The notes under the pieces: generated by a model
Told to the model about the DNA's origin: nothing
What the model saw: the letters and a program-made list of their open reading frames with translations, nothing else
Database searches by the model: none
Part shown: positions 50,791-64,000 of the stretch, one piece after another
Numbering within the stretch: position 1 is the first letter of the stretch
Layout of the letters: each line of letters begins with the position of its first letter
Position numbers and translations under genes: made by a program
Source: the human T2T-CHM13v2.0 reference genome, Homo sapiens
Assembly (NCBI RefSeq): GCF_009914755.1
Contig: NC_060929.1
DNA: 64,000 nucleotides
Reading direction: 5' to 3' (one strand)

Positions 50791-51737
50791 TTCTTTCTTT
50801 TCTTTTTCTTTAGCCTATTTCCCCTTATTTCAGTTCATTCCTTTGTCTGTTCCCATTTTTCTTATTACCCCTCTGTTCTGTCACAAAATGTGATGAAGGC
50901 TGCATGCCCAACTCTGAAGGCAAATACTACCACCTGATCAATTTGTGTTCTTTGAGTACCTGCCAAAATCAAATAAAACCAGATGACCATTCAGAGATAG
51001 TATTCTTGCCTCCTATCAGCCATAGCTAACCCAGAAAATCATGGCCATGGTCCTCTTTGCCTTTGCTTTAAAATAATAAACTTTTGCTTTTTTATTGTGA
51101 GATAATTTTTAAAAACAGCATATGTATTACTTTTCTATCCCCCCCTTTAAAAAAAAATTAGAGCAGAATTAAAAATGCAAACTTCAGAGTACAAATTTGA
51201 CATCCCTATAATTTTCTAAGTTTGATGTGTGTAATGCCTTCTTTTATACATTGAATTCAAAGCCCCTGTCTCTCCCCATCAACACACATGCACACATGCA
51301 CAAACATGAACACACATATCTCTCTACCTACACCTCAATTTTGGAGCCCAGCCTTACAATGATATCTGATATCTGTCTTCCACATGGCTCAGAACTATTT
51401 ATCTCAAAATAGTGACCTATAAATTCTCTTTTTCTAAAGCTCACTCCTAACACACTAACAGAGATTTTACTCTTAATAATTTTTGTTTTATAAACTTACT
51501 TTTTAAATGAACCATGCTCTTTTTCTGCTAACATTTTAAAACTTCCAATCAGTTATATGGGATTAAATAAATATTTAGAGAAGCCATCAGGAAAATTATC
51601 TGCAGAAGTCCTAAAGTCACTTGGCACTTCCATGAAAACAATTTCCCTTTTTTGGGGAAGCGACTGGCCCATAGTGTGTAACCATTCTAAGCTAGGTACA
51701 CCGAGGTACAAATGCCTTCTTTAAAGAAGTTGGATAG

Positions 51738-52078
<341 letters not shown>

Positions 52079-52261
52079 CTAAGACTTGAGTGGAATTACA
52101 ATGCAGATTCCTTTTGATCAAGGAAAGGTACATTATCATGTTGCTTAACTCCTGTGAAATGCTACAGTATTACTGTATTTGAAGAAGGTGTGGATGATGA
52201 AATATCTTCCTAAAGTTAGAATATTTATTTGAAGTTGACAACTGATTTGTAATTTTGTTAA

Positions 52262-52611
<350 letters not shown>

Positions 52612-53192
52612 TGAGTCATTATTTTGATTCAAGGGCAGGATCAAACCTATAATCCTTAAGCCTGTTCCTAAAAATAATATTGAGATATTTCTTAGTCTTG
52701 ATTTTTTTCCCACCTTTTAATTTCTATATTTGGCCAAAAGGATATTAAAGAGTGGAATAGGAGACAAACTTTAGAAATACAGGGAAAAGAGAGTAGTAAT
52801 GGTTATATTCTGAATATAAGCTCTTACTTGGATACTAATCAGTATTTGATTTCTAGGAGGGTGGATGTATAGGGAGTAAGTGAACTTACAAAGAGAAAAG
52901 GGTACAGGGTAGGCACAACTCTTTATAGAACAACCAAAGTTTCAGGACAGTTTCCTAAGAACCTCGAGTTTTCTTCATGTATTATTTATTGTTTAGTACA
53001 CAGACGTGACCAGCATTGGAATTTATGTGGCCTCATTGCCTGCCTTTTTTTTTCCAGGTTACCACCTATTTGCAATTCAAGGAGAATATAAGACAGAGAA
53101 GAAAGCTGTGAATGAATTTCATTTGATTAGCAATAGATTGGACACTCTACTGATCTTGCCTCTCTACAACCTCTCTTCCACCTGACCTCTAA

Positions 53193-53252
53193 ATGTTGAA
53201 GTGTTTCAGGAATTGTCTTAGACCTTCTTCCTTATCTACACTTCCTCTCCAA
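53193..53252 (+). CDS. RFESD: RFESD long-isoform first coding segment MLKCFRNCLRPSSLSTLPLQ (exon 53058-53252)
   Basis: Acceptor tttttttccag| at 53058, ATG at 53193, donor CAA|gtgagt. In frame with the next exons, giving a 210-aa product. Confidence 0.75.
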
Positions 53253-54037
53253 GTGAGTCCATAGAATTCTATGACCTGGAAACTCCCCAGTTTTTCTCTC
53301 TAGAAATTCTCGACTTTAGTCTCATATATCTGGTTGTTGACTTGACATCTCTACTTGGATGTCTCTGAGATACCTTAAACTCAATATGTGTAAAATATAT
53401 ATAGCTCTTGATTTTCCATTCTGCAAAAATACCATTCATTTCTTGGCCTTTCTCCTCACAGTCTTTGGCACTACAGTTCACCTAGCTGCACAAACCTAAA
53501 ACTTGGGAGTCATCTTTATTTATTTTTCTGTAGCATCTTCATTCAAGTTCATCAACCCAACTTCTCTGTACTATAAAATTAAAATAATACCTTTTTAGTA
53601 ACATGGAGGATTAAAGGAGTTAATAAATAAATGTAGCCTTTGAATAGTGCCTGGCACATAGTTAACACAATATAATTGTAGCTACTACTGCTACTGTTAT
53701 TATTACTTTTTATCCCCTACAGCATCAACCCCCTGCGGCAAGCCACCACCTTTTTCATGGACCCCTAGCTTTCTGATTTCTGGGCATCCATTGTTGTTTT
53801 GCTATAATCCATTCTCCACAGAGCCGGGGGCATTCTTTCAAAAAGAAATCAATTCACACTTTCCTGCTTTATACTCTTCAGTGGCTTTCCTTTGCTCTTA
53901 GAGTAAAATCCATACACAGCACTGCACAACCTGGCTCCTGCCTGTTTACCAATCTTGCATATTATGTTCCAGTCTTCTGGAACACATTCACCAAGACTTT
54001 TCTTTCCTTCAGGCTTTTGTATTTGCTCTTCTTTCAG

Positions 54038-54135
54038 TATGGAATTCTCTTCCCCAAGCTGTTGGCATGTCTAGTTCATTTGCATTTTGGGCATTTCAGC
54101 TCAGCTGTCATCTCAGTGACCAGTTTTTATCTGAG
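54038..54135 (+). CDS. RFESD: RFESD long-isoform exon (98 bp) YGILFPKLLACLVHLHFGHFSSAVISVTSFYL(S)
   Basis: Acceptor ctcttctttcag| and donor GAG|gtaaga. Open, and AG|C ATG joins in frame to the core ATG at 54983. Confidence 0.8.
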
Positions 54136-54537
54136 GTAAGAAAATGAAAGGTTTTCATTCATACCCACCTTCTCTTGCTGTAATAGCTATCTGGTTGTGC
54201 CTGTAAGAGCCAACTGTGTACTCCAGGCAAAACCAAGTGGACCACCTTAGCCAAGAGGCTGAAGACTATTCAGACAATCAAAGAATCCTGCTTTCAGCAG
54301 AAGGCTGAAAACAATGCAGATAACTGAATGTTGTTTAGTGTTGAATTTGATAGGAAATAAAGGGATAGTGAAACTTAAATCTCTATGTTTTACAAGTTCT
54401 GAAATTTCCTTCTTGACCTTGAAATGAATCTAATACAACTCTAGCCTCAGATTGAGGAATCCTCCCTAATTTTGGCAGTCTTTAAGAGTCTCTAACGCAA
54501 AGTAATGACTACCTACTTAATATAATCCAGTATTTAT

Positions 54538-54832
<295 letters not shown>

Positions 54833-54925
54833 CTAGTATTTATAAATGTTTTATATAGCTACAGAAAGTGCCTCCATTAATCTTGAAAAGTCCGAACTAT
54901 TCATTCTTAGGGTTATCTCCATTAA

Positions 54926-55219
<294 letters not shown>

Positions 55220-55253
55220 TAGTGACTGCAGGTAATATTCAATTCCTTTTCAG

Positions 55254-55288
55254 ACTCAGGAGGACCTTTACATTTGGGAGATATAGAG
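55254..55288 (+). CDS. RFESD: RFESD 35-bp exon (H)SGGPLHLGDIE
   Basis: Acceptor ccttttcag| and donor GAG|gtatgt. Completes CYHSGGPL and restores the frame. Confidence 0.92.
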
Positions 55289-56117
55289 GTATGTAAAATT
55301 AAATTTATTTTCAGCAAATTCAGCAAATAAATATATTCAAAAATAATTTATAATTGGTTTGAACTATATTTTAATGCTTTGAATATAATTTCAAGTATTC
55401 TGGGAATTCATAAGATAAATGAGAAATATGCTTATCTTTTGACCTAGCAATTATACTCTATATCTATTCTATGGCCATAATTGCACGGATGTTTAAGTAT
55501 TTGTATAGGAATGATTCATTGTAGCATTATTTATTATAATGAATAATTGAAGGCAACCTAAATGTTTTAACAATCGGAAACTGGTTAAATAAATTATGAT
55601 ACAGCCATGCTGTGGAATAACTGTACCATGCAATCATTAAATTAATAAGGCAGATCTATATGGGTATGGAGAGATGTGAACAATGTATTTGTGACTGAAA
55701 AAAGCACGTCATAGGATGATAATAGTCTTATGAGATCTCTTTTTTCATCAAAAAGAATATTCACTTTTTACTGTGTACACTGTGCATAATTTGAATTTTT
55801 AAAATGAGTATATATTATTTTTATAATATAACAAAAATATACAGTATAAATATATTTTTAAAGAAATAAACCACACTGTAGTCTTAACTGAGGAGGAACG
55901 GGGGAAGTTGTCTTTGCTTCCTTGGATTCCAAAACTAGTCACCTAATTTCTTGTTTCTTCATGAAATTGGTCTCTCTCTCTCTAACCGATGCAAAGTACA
56001 AGCTTGAACTTAGCATTCCACTCTCTCTACACTTGATGAGTGTACACACCTGTCCTCATGTTAAAGAACGTATGTGTGTTTATTTTTTCTATTTTTTCCC
56101 ATTGTCCAAACCCACAT

Positions 56118-56188
56118 ATGTGAATCTTTGCTGACAGTTTTATGTAATGTAAATTATGAAAATGTGAATCTTTGCTGACAGTTTTATG
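56118..56188. repeat. 27-bp perfect direct repeat, period 44
   Basis: atgtgaatctttgctgacagttttatg at 56118-56144 and 56162-56188. Confidence 0.9.
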
Positions 56189-56945
56189 AAAGTACAAATC
56201 AGTATTCCTGCACTTTTGGATATAGAGGGGAAAATGAAAGCACCCACTTACATGTGTGAGCTGATAATAGTTCCATAGAATTTTCTCCAGTTTCAGTCCA
56301 TAATGAGAGCTTGAAGACCTTGCTCCTCAAACTGTTGTCCATAGACCAGCAACTTTGGTGTCACATGGGAGCTTCTTAGACATGCAGAATCTTGTCACCC
56401 CAACCCCTTAGACCTACTACATTTAAACAGAGAGACATGCATTGAAACAAGATCCAGGTGCTTCCTATGTTTTTTAAAGTTTGAGAAGCACTTCACCAAG
56501 ACAGTTAAAAAGTTGAGAATTAACTACTTTGGATCACAAATTGCTCTTCTATTATCATATGCACTCATGCCTTTAGTAACTCCTTTTGAATTTATATCTG
56601 AACCTTACAGTTCTTCTAGAAGCTAGTGAAAATTCCTATAGAAGCACTTGAAGTCCTTGCCCCATTTCTGTCAAGGAGGCGACATTAACATCTAATAGAT
56701 AACAGCACAGCTGCAGTCACATGGTTTAGTTGCCTGAGCATGTCAGTCTTCTGATAGAGCTCTAACTGGCTTTCTAATCAACTGTAAAAGAGCTTGATGA
56801 CTCTTCTCAGATTAGGATCTGCTTTATGCTGAATAATTTGTACATAGGAGGAAAAAAAGAAAAGCTAACCTGTTTTTTTAACCTGGTTCTTCTGCAGCAG
56901 ACTCTTCAGAGTCTATCAAGAACATTTGACATGTCAGAATATTAA

Positions 56946-57230
<285 letters not shown>

Positions 57231-59005
57231 TAAAAAATATATAGAAATGAAAAATGTTGTGTATGCTTGAAAACATTTTTAGAATAACTCTGCTTCAGTT
57301 TTAAAGGTGATGAAATTTTTCAACATAGGCACAACTGTTTAAAATTCACATACATTTGAGAGGTTTAAGAGCACACATACTTAGTATGATGTAAGGATTA
57401 TCATCAGGATCAATAGAATACATTTTATCGAATCTTCTGGATTAATTAGAAACCTGAAGGTTATAGGTTTGGGATGTTCTGTTTAAGAAGGATAAAAATA
57501 AATTTGGAGTAAACAAATAATAGGTAAAAATTAAGGATTAGTAAGAAAAAATTTTTTAATTTAAAAAATTTAATTTTTAAAATAGGAAAAAATCCCTGTT
57601 TGATGTAGCAGACTTAATTCTGGAAAAGTTTTAGTATATACAAAGTAAACAGACTATATAATGAACTTCCATCACTCAGCTTTAACAGTTATCAGCATTC
57701 TTCCATTCTTGTTTTATTTATACCTCTGTGGATTTGCTACCTCTCCTATTTGATTGTTATTTTTACATTTTTAGGAAAGTTTAAATACATTGAAATGTTC
57801 ACCTCTGAACTGTGCAACCTTCCTAAATAACAGACTTTTTATACTTAAAAAATGCCTCCAAAAATGAGATAGGTTTACCTGCTGAACTTGAAAATAAGAA
57901 ACTTAACCACTGTTAAGTGATCTGTGATCAAGGCAGATCTTGAAGTAAGGAAGCCAGACACAGCTGCTGCCCAGCCATGAGAGATGTAAAGTCTCCTATT
58001 CAGTGAGCCAATGTTCTTTGAATGCCTATATGAAATTTTCAAATAAAGATTTTTAAAAACGTTTTAGAACTTTGTGAATGTAGGCACAACTAAGTGTCTC
58101 CTATAAATATTATAGAGAGGAGATCTAGGGTTTTGTTCCTTGGAGTTCCCGAGCAAGGTTGATGTTCAGTTGGTTCACCCTGGTTTTATCATGTCAGTTA
58201 TTTATGGTCAGTACCATTCAGTTGCAATGATGGTCATACCGTACCAGTTGTAATGTATTTAAAATAACACCCCAAGCACCCACCATGCAAAAATCAGCAG
58301 CACATAGTGGTGATTTTTGCATGGTCAGTGCTCATGCAAAAATCACCACTATGTGGGACCAGAAATAGCTAAAATGAGTAGATGATGAATTCAGAGTGAG
58401 AAGAACTGTCAAGATTGGAACCTAGTCTCAAAGCACAGTAGTATTTTTAAAGGAATAGAATTAAGAATCTAAATCTAATACTTAACATTCTAAGGAGCCG
58501 ACCTGGACTCTTTCTCTTGGTTATTATAAAAATAGTAAATGAGTAAGGTCCGTATAGTAAAGACTCTGCTTACTTACCTTTACTACATATTATTACACTT
58601 CCTTTTCTGTTGGAGTTTGGATAGCATGAGTAGCACTTGGTCCTCATTTCTCAGACAACCAACGAACCAGACTTGGGCTTTTTATAGATACTGTTTGTGG
58701 TAGCAGCTACTTACTAAGTACAGAAAATGTACTATCTCTCAGGAAGGTACATCCCAGTCTATTCTATCATGTGATAATCCTTCAATGCGCAGTCAGGTCT
58801 TAACACATGTCCAGAATATAAAGTGTACAGAAGAAATCAAAGTACTTTCTTCAGGCAAAAACTGTAGCCCTGGTTTGCAGGAATAATTACAGAAATATTT
58901 TCTCATAGGAGCCACTGGCAATAATGAGTAGTGTGCACTTGATTTTTCATTCTAAATTTGTATCTCTAAATCTAGAAATAAAAATCATATCATGTACTGT
59001 CTTCA
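57231..59005 (+). other. RFESD: RFESD 3'UTR with alternative AATAAA signals (57497, 58042, 58977)
   Basis: Hexamers seen in the sequence. The extent is inferred. Confidence 0.6.
58275..58355. repeat. Three-arm inverted repeat with a perfect 23-bp stem and 9-nt loop
   Basis: 58301-58323 is the exact reverse complement of 58333-58355. 58275-58296 pairs 20/22 with 58311-58332. Confidence 0.95.
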
Positions 59006-59407
59006 TATACAGAAATCTTCTCATCACATTGGTAAGTAATATTTTGTTTTATAAATTTATGACATCTGTGAATTGCAAATCCTTCATAACTTTGCAAGTG
59101 ATTTACAAAATAATAATAGGCAGACTCAAACTCTCCAGTCTGCATATAAAAAATAAATATTCTTTTATTTTGATATGCACCATCTTGATGGGGCTTTTTT
59201 TCCTCCCAAGTAAAGAATTAGACACTCAAAACAAGTCTTTAATAAAAACATTAATGTATTATAAATATGCTTATATTATAAACCACAGTGTAAAGTCTAA
59301 CCTACCAGAGGATGGATTTTCTTGTTCATTAAAAGTATGTAGTCAGTACATATATTCCACATCAATATTCATTTTATTTACTCTATCATGTAAATACTAG
59401 AAAATGA

Positions 59408-59754
<347 letters not shown>

Positions 59755-59871
59755 CTCTTTTTTTTAAGAAAGCAGAGCAATTCAGAATATGTAAACTAGA
59801 CTCTGAGTTTTGTCAGATGAAATGTGCCATTAAATAGATAACTCTTAAGTTCTGTTCAGTGATACCTGTAT

Positions 59872-60162
59872 TCAGATTTGCTCATTCATTTCAGCTGATT
59901 GGTCAAACACAGAATGTAAAACTTGGATGTTATTACTCTGCTTATTAGCAAGAAGCTTGGGGTAATCTGAAATGTCTGGCTTCTCCGGCAATGACCTATA
60001 AGGTTTTGCTTTGATTTCACCTTCAGCAAACATAGGCTCCGAAAGCACAGGCTCAGAAAAGGCTTTTCTACAATTTTCACTCTCCTCTCTGTTTTGCCTT
60101 ATGGATTCTTCTTCCTGGAAGATGTTCTTTACCTTCTTCAGCACAGCATTAACACAGACTGC
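59872..60162 (-). CDS. SPATA9: SPATA9 last coding exon [20 protein letters not shown]...AEMNEQI*
   Basis: Minus-strand acceptor ctctttttattgtatag|GCA at 60162, 97 codons to TGA. Peptide and synteny recognised as SPATA9. Confidence 0.9.
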
Positions 60163-61292
60163 CTATACAATAAAAAGAGTTTGTAAAGTGAAGTTTCTTT
60201 TTAAGCTACTAACCACAGATTAAAAACATACAATATAGTGTTCCACATAAAGTCATTTAATCTACATAATCTAATAAAAAACACTTCTTTTCAGGACCTT
60301 CAGGTACATAATATAATAAGCATTGGGAGATTGTTCTAAATAATACATTACAATCTAGAGAGCAATTTAAAACCTAGTATGCTTCAATAAATATATGTTT
60401 TACATCTTTTCCCCCCAATTCATTAGCTGTTTTACATCTTTATTCTCTTGATGTAATTAAATGAAACATTTTCTGAGAGATGGAATTTGTCCTCAAACAT
60501 GGTTTTTCTCAAAGTAGTTTTTTTGTTTTAATTTTCTTCCCCCTAGACTTTGCTTATACTTACATGTGCAATGAAAGGACATCAACATATCAGTAAGAAT
60601 TTAGTAAGCTACTATCAGTGGTTTCTGAGCAAATATGTGATCCACTGTCCCCTCCAAATATGCCACTCAGTACTTTAAGGAGAGGAGTGTCAAAAATAAA
60701 ACAGAGAAAAATAACTTCAGAAATTCAGAACCACTAAGGACTGCATTAATTAAACTTACTCTGTAAGTTTACTAATGATGAAGATGATGATGATGCTGAG
60801 TATTCAAGGCACGCGGTGAGAACGGAAAATTCATGAAATATGAGAAGACTTAAACCAGTTTATTTCACCGAAGAAATGCCTCAAGGTAATATAAAAGATT
60901 ATAAACACTTAGAAGGTTTTCCGAAAGAGGTAACAGCAAAAGGATTGAGGTCCTCAGGCTTGAACAGCCTCAACTTCCTCTTGCCCTCCTGCCTCCTGCC
61001 TCCTTCTTGCCTGCCTCTTGCTATAGAATTGAGGAACACAAGACACTTTCCCTCACTTCCCTGCAGTTAGTTCATTAGCTACCCTGTAACTAATGAAATA
61101 AAATGATATGTCTGCTGGGATGGAACTCAGAAAGGATTTTTGGAAAAGTTTTTCCTCCTATATAGACTGTCTTTTCCCTCTACCTATCTCCCTCTTCCTT
61201 CTTTGAACACTGATAGTATTGTGATGCTTGATCATGAGGCAACAAACCTAAGGACTAAAAAGTTTTTAGAAGAAAAAGAGGGAAAGACCCTG

Positions 61293-61652
61293 TTGTCTTA
61301 GGCTTTTAGGGCTGCTGTAACAAAATACCATGAACTGAGTAGCTTACAAACAATAGAAATTTATTTCTCACAGTTCTGGAGAGTGGGAAATCCGAGATCA
61401 AGGCACTGGCAGATTCAGGGTCTGGTGAGGGCTGGTTTTCTGTTTCATAGATGGTACCTTCTATCTATGTCCTCATATGGTGGAAGGAACAAGGCAGCTG
61501 TCTCAGGCCTCATTTCTAAGGGCACTAATCCCATTCATGAGGACTCTGCTCTCATTACCTAATCACTTCCCAAAGGCCCCACTTGCTAATACCACCACCT
61601 TGGGATTAGATTTTAACATAAGAATTTGGGGGAAGCACGGACATTCAGACCT
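61293..61652 (-). mobile_element. MLT1 (A/B-type) LTR nested in an older LTR
   Basis: tgtcttag...gggctgctgtaacaaaataccat...atttatttctcacagttctggag. Confidence 0.8.
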
Positions 61653-61849
61653 GGGCTTTGATAACATGTTGGACCTAATTGTACAAACCTGGGAATTGCC
61701 TAACTCCCAACTTATAATTAAGATATTTAAATATCTTTATCGATTAAGATACTGTCATTCAGATATCCTTTGTTACTTGCACTTTTATGTATCCAGACCC
61801 AGCACTAGAAACCTTTAAAGTCATGACCTTTAGCTGTAAACAGCCTCAT

Positions 61850-62700
61850 CCATTTATCCAAAATATGATCATTCTCTGTGAATTCATGTTGCAAAAAAGG
61901 TTGGAAAGTTCTATCCTATTTGAAACATTCTCTCCTCCCTCACCAACAAAAAATTATATTTGTGCACATTCTAACCACCTTTTTCCCAGTCTCAGGAATG
62001 AACGGTCTTGATCAAGGTCAGTATCCTTCTATCTTTGTTTTTAACCTACATCCTACCATCTTCTCTATCAATTATTCCTTGTCTCTTCAGCCTCTTTACT
62101 CTTGACTGGATCTTCCCCTGCAATTTATAACATACTTGAGTATCTTCCATCCTAATATTTAAAAATTAAAAATCTCTGGGAATCTGCTTCTCTATTGACT
62201 GCTACACACTCTGTCTTAGTCAAACCAGAGTCTGTTTCCACGTTATTACCTTCTGTTCACTCTGAAACCTGCTTATTTCTGTCTTCCTTATCCAGTTATG
62301 CCGCTGAAATCATTTTTGAGATGGTTAACCTTGACATCTTTACTACTATATCTAATGGACACTTCAAATCTTCATTTTACTTGACTTTTTCTGCTTGTAT
62401 TTGACACTTAACTACTCACAACATCCTGAGTCTATTTCCTTGGCACTATTTCTCCTGATTTTCTTTCTGCCTTTCTGATTGTTGCTTCTTGTCTCCCAAA
62501 TGGATTCTTTTTTAGCTCACTTAAATATTGCTGTTCTTCATATTTCTGTTGACTTACCTGTCTTTTCTCTTGATATGGTTCCACTCGTAGGACATTAACA
62601 TCTAACATATATATTGCTTTCAAAACCAAAATTGTAACCTGACCTCTCCCAGGCCTTAGATACATATATGACCAATTATCAGATCACCAAAAATTTGTTT
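61850..62700 (+). mobile_element. LINE-2 fragment
   Basis: ctaatggacacttc...cttcattttacttgac...gtatttgacac, pyrimidine-rich L2 RT region. Confidence 0.6.
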
Positions 62701-63149
62701 CTATTACCTGCTTATAAAGTTCATGGCGTGATAAATTGTGTGAGATGATTTCAACAGCCTTTGAGAAATTGAAATCTAATTTTTGTGTTAGTCTAGTTTT
62801 TATTTCCCCATAGACATGTCATCCTGTTCATTTTGTGCAATGTATTTACATCCTAGCTTAGTTGAATGCCAATTTTGTATAAGATTCACATTTAAAATAT
62901 TGAGCACTTCTTGAAAATTTAAAACAGTGGCAAAATAGTTGATAAATTTAGTTTTTAAAAAACTGAATTAATATGTTTAAAAGTAAGTTCTACCTTTTTT
63001 CAAGGATATTTAGCTATTCTTGACCCTATGCACTTCCCTATATATTTTAGAACTATCTAGTCAACTTACATACACACACATACACACACACATGCACACA
63101 CCTGCTTGGCTCTTAATTGGGACTTCTTGTATGTTTTGATATATTAACA

Positions 63150-64000
63150 AATGTGTAAGAATGCTAACAAAAAAACATAAAAATGATTAAAAGAAATTAA
63201 AGAATATCAAAATAAGTAGAAGGATATATTATATTCATGAACCGGAAAGAGGACTTATTCTCCCAGTTATTAAGATATAAAGCTCCTGTAATTAATACAG
63301 TGCTCAATTGGTACAAGAATAGACAAATAGACCAACTGAATAGAACAGAGAATCCATAAACAGACCTACACATAAAGGACACTTGATTTATGCAAAAAAG
63401 AGTATTCTAGGACAATAGAAAAAGGGCTTTCTTTAAAGAAAAAATAGATTAATTGGATACTCATGGGGAAAAATTTGACTCTTACCTCATATTAGTTCCA
63501 GATGGATTATAAATCTAAACGTGAAAGGTAAACTAACAAAGCTTCTAGAATACAACAGGAGAATATTTTCATGACCTTAGGTGTAAGTCAAGATTCTCTT
63601 TGACACAGAAAGCACGTAAGATAAAGGAAAAGATTAATAAATTGGATGACATTAAAATTATGATATGCTTTTATTTATTTTAAGACTGGATCTCACTATT
63701 TTGCCCAAGCTGGTCTCAAACTCCTGGGCTCAAGGTATCCTCCTGCTTCAGCCTCCCCCGTCAGCCTCCTGAGTAGCAGGGATTATAGGCACACACCACC
63801 ATGCCTGGCTAAGAATTTCTTCCTTAAAAGACATTATTAAAAGAATGAAAAGGCAAGTCACGGAGTAAGAGAAGAAATTTGTCCATATATAATCAAAAAA
63901 GGACAGGCTCCTAGAATATGTTTTTTAAAGTAAAAATCAAAAATTGTTTTAAGAAAGACATCTCTCAATAGAAAAGCAAGAAGAGATTTTAACAGAAATT
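63150..64000 (+). mobile_element. L1M ORF2 fragment with an inserted Alu monomer (~63670-63812, -)
   Basis: ggtacaagaatagacaaatagaccaactgaatagaacagagaatcca...aaaagaatgaaaaggcaag. Confidence 0.8.

Larger units (their letters stand above)
53150..54135 (+). mobile_element. LINE-2 (RT region to 3' part) interrupted by a MIR (~53555-53706)
   Basis: cctctaaatgttgaagtg...cttgacatctctacttggatgtct...aaactcaatatgt, and ...ttcaggcttttgtatttgctctt...tggaattctcttcccc match my recollection of the L2 consensus. Confidence 0.8.

Noticed and set aside
55223-55231. Possible 9-nt microexon (ttttag TGACTGCAG gtaata) inside the 96-nt RFESD intron
   Set aside because: The downstream intron would be only 22 nt. 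Using it instead of the 35-nt exon shifts the frame and loses the His ligand.

Overview
Human (primate) genomic DNA that I recognise as chr5q15, from translated exons and gene order. It holds the last two coding exons and 3'UTR of ARSK (+), the intronless CpG-island GPCR gene GPR150 (+), the complete Rieske [2Fe-2S] gene RFESD (+) and the last exon of SPATA9 (-), which lies tail-to-tail with RFESD. The rest is dense Alu/L1/L2/MIR/LTR/DNA-transposon sequence, often nested. Most notable observations: (1) the 53-aa N-terminal extension of the long RFESD isoform comes from two exons that both appear carved out of one LINE-2, starts out of frame in the RT motif region, and resembles an organelle-targeting presequence; (2) a three-arm, mutually exclusive inverted repeat lies in the distal RFESD 3'UTR; (3) a very young AluYa-type insertion with an expanded A-linker sits in the SPATA9 3'UTR and may be polymorphic. 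Gene identities, reference alleles and repeat subfamilies come from memory and eye alignment, not from database searches. Repeat boundaries are approximate unless a TSD is given.
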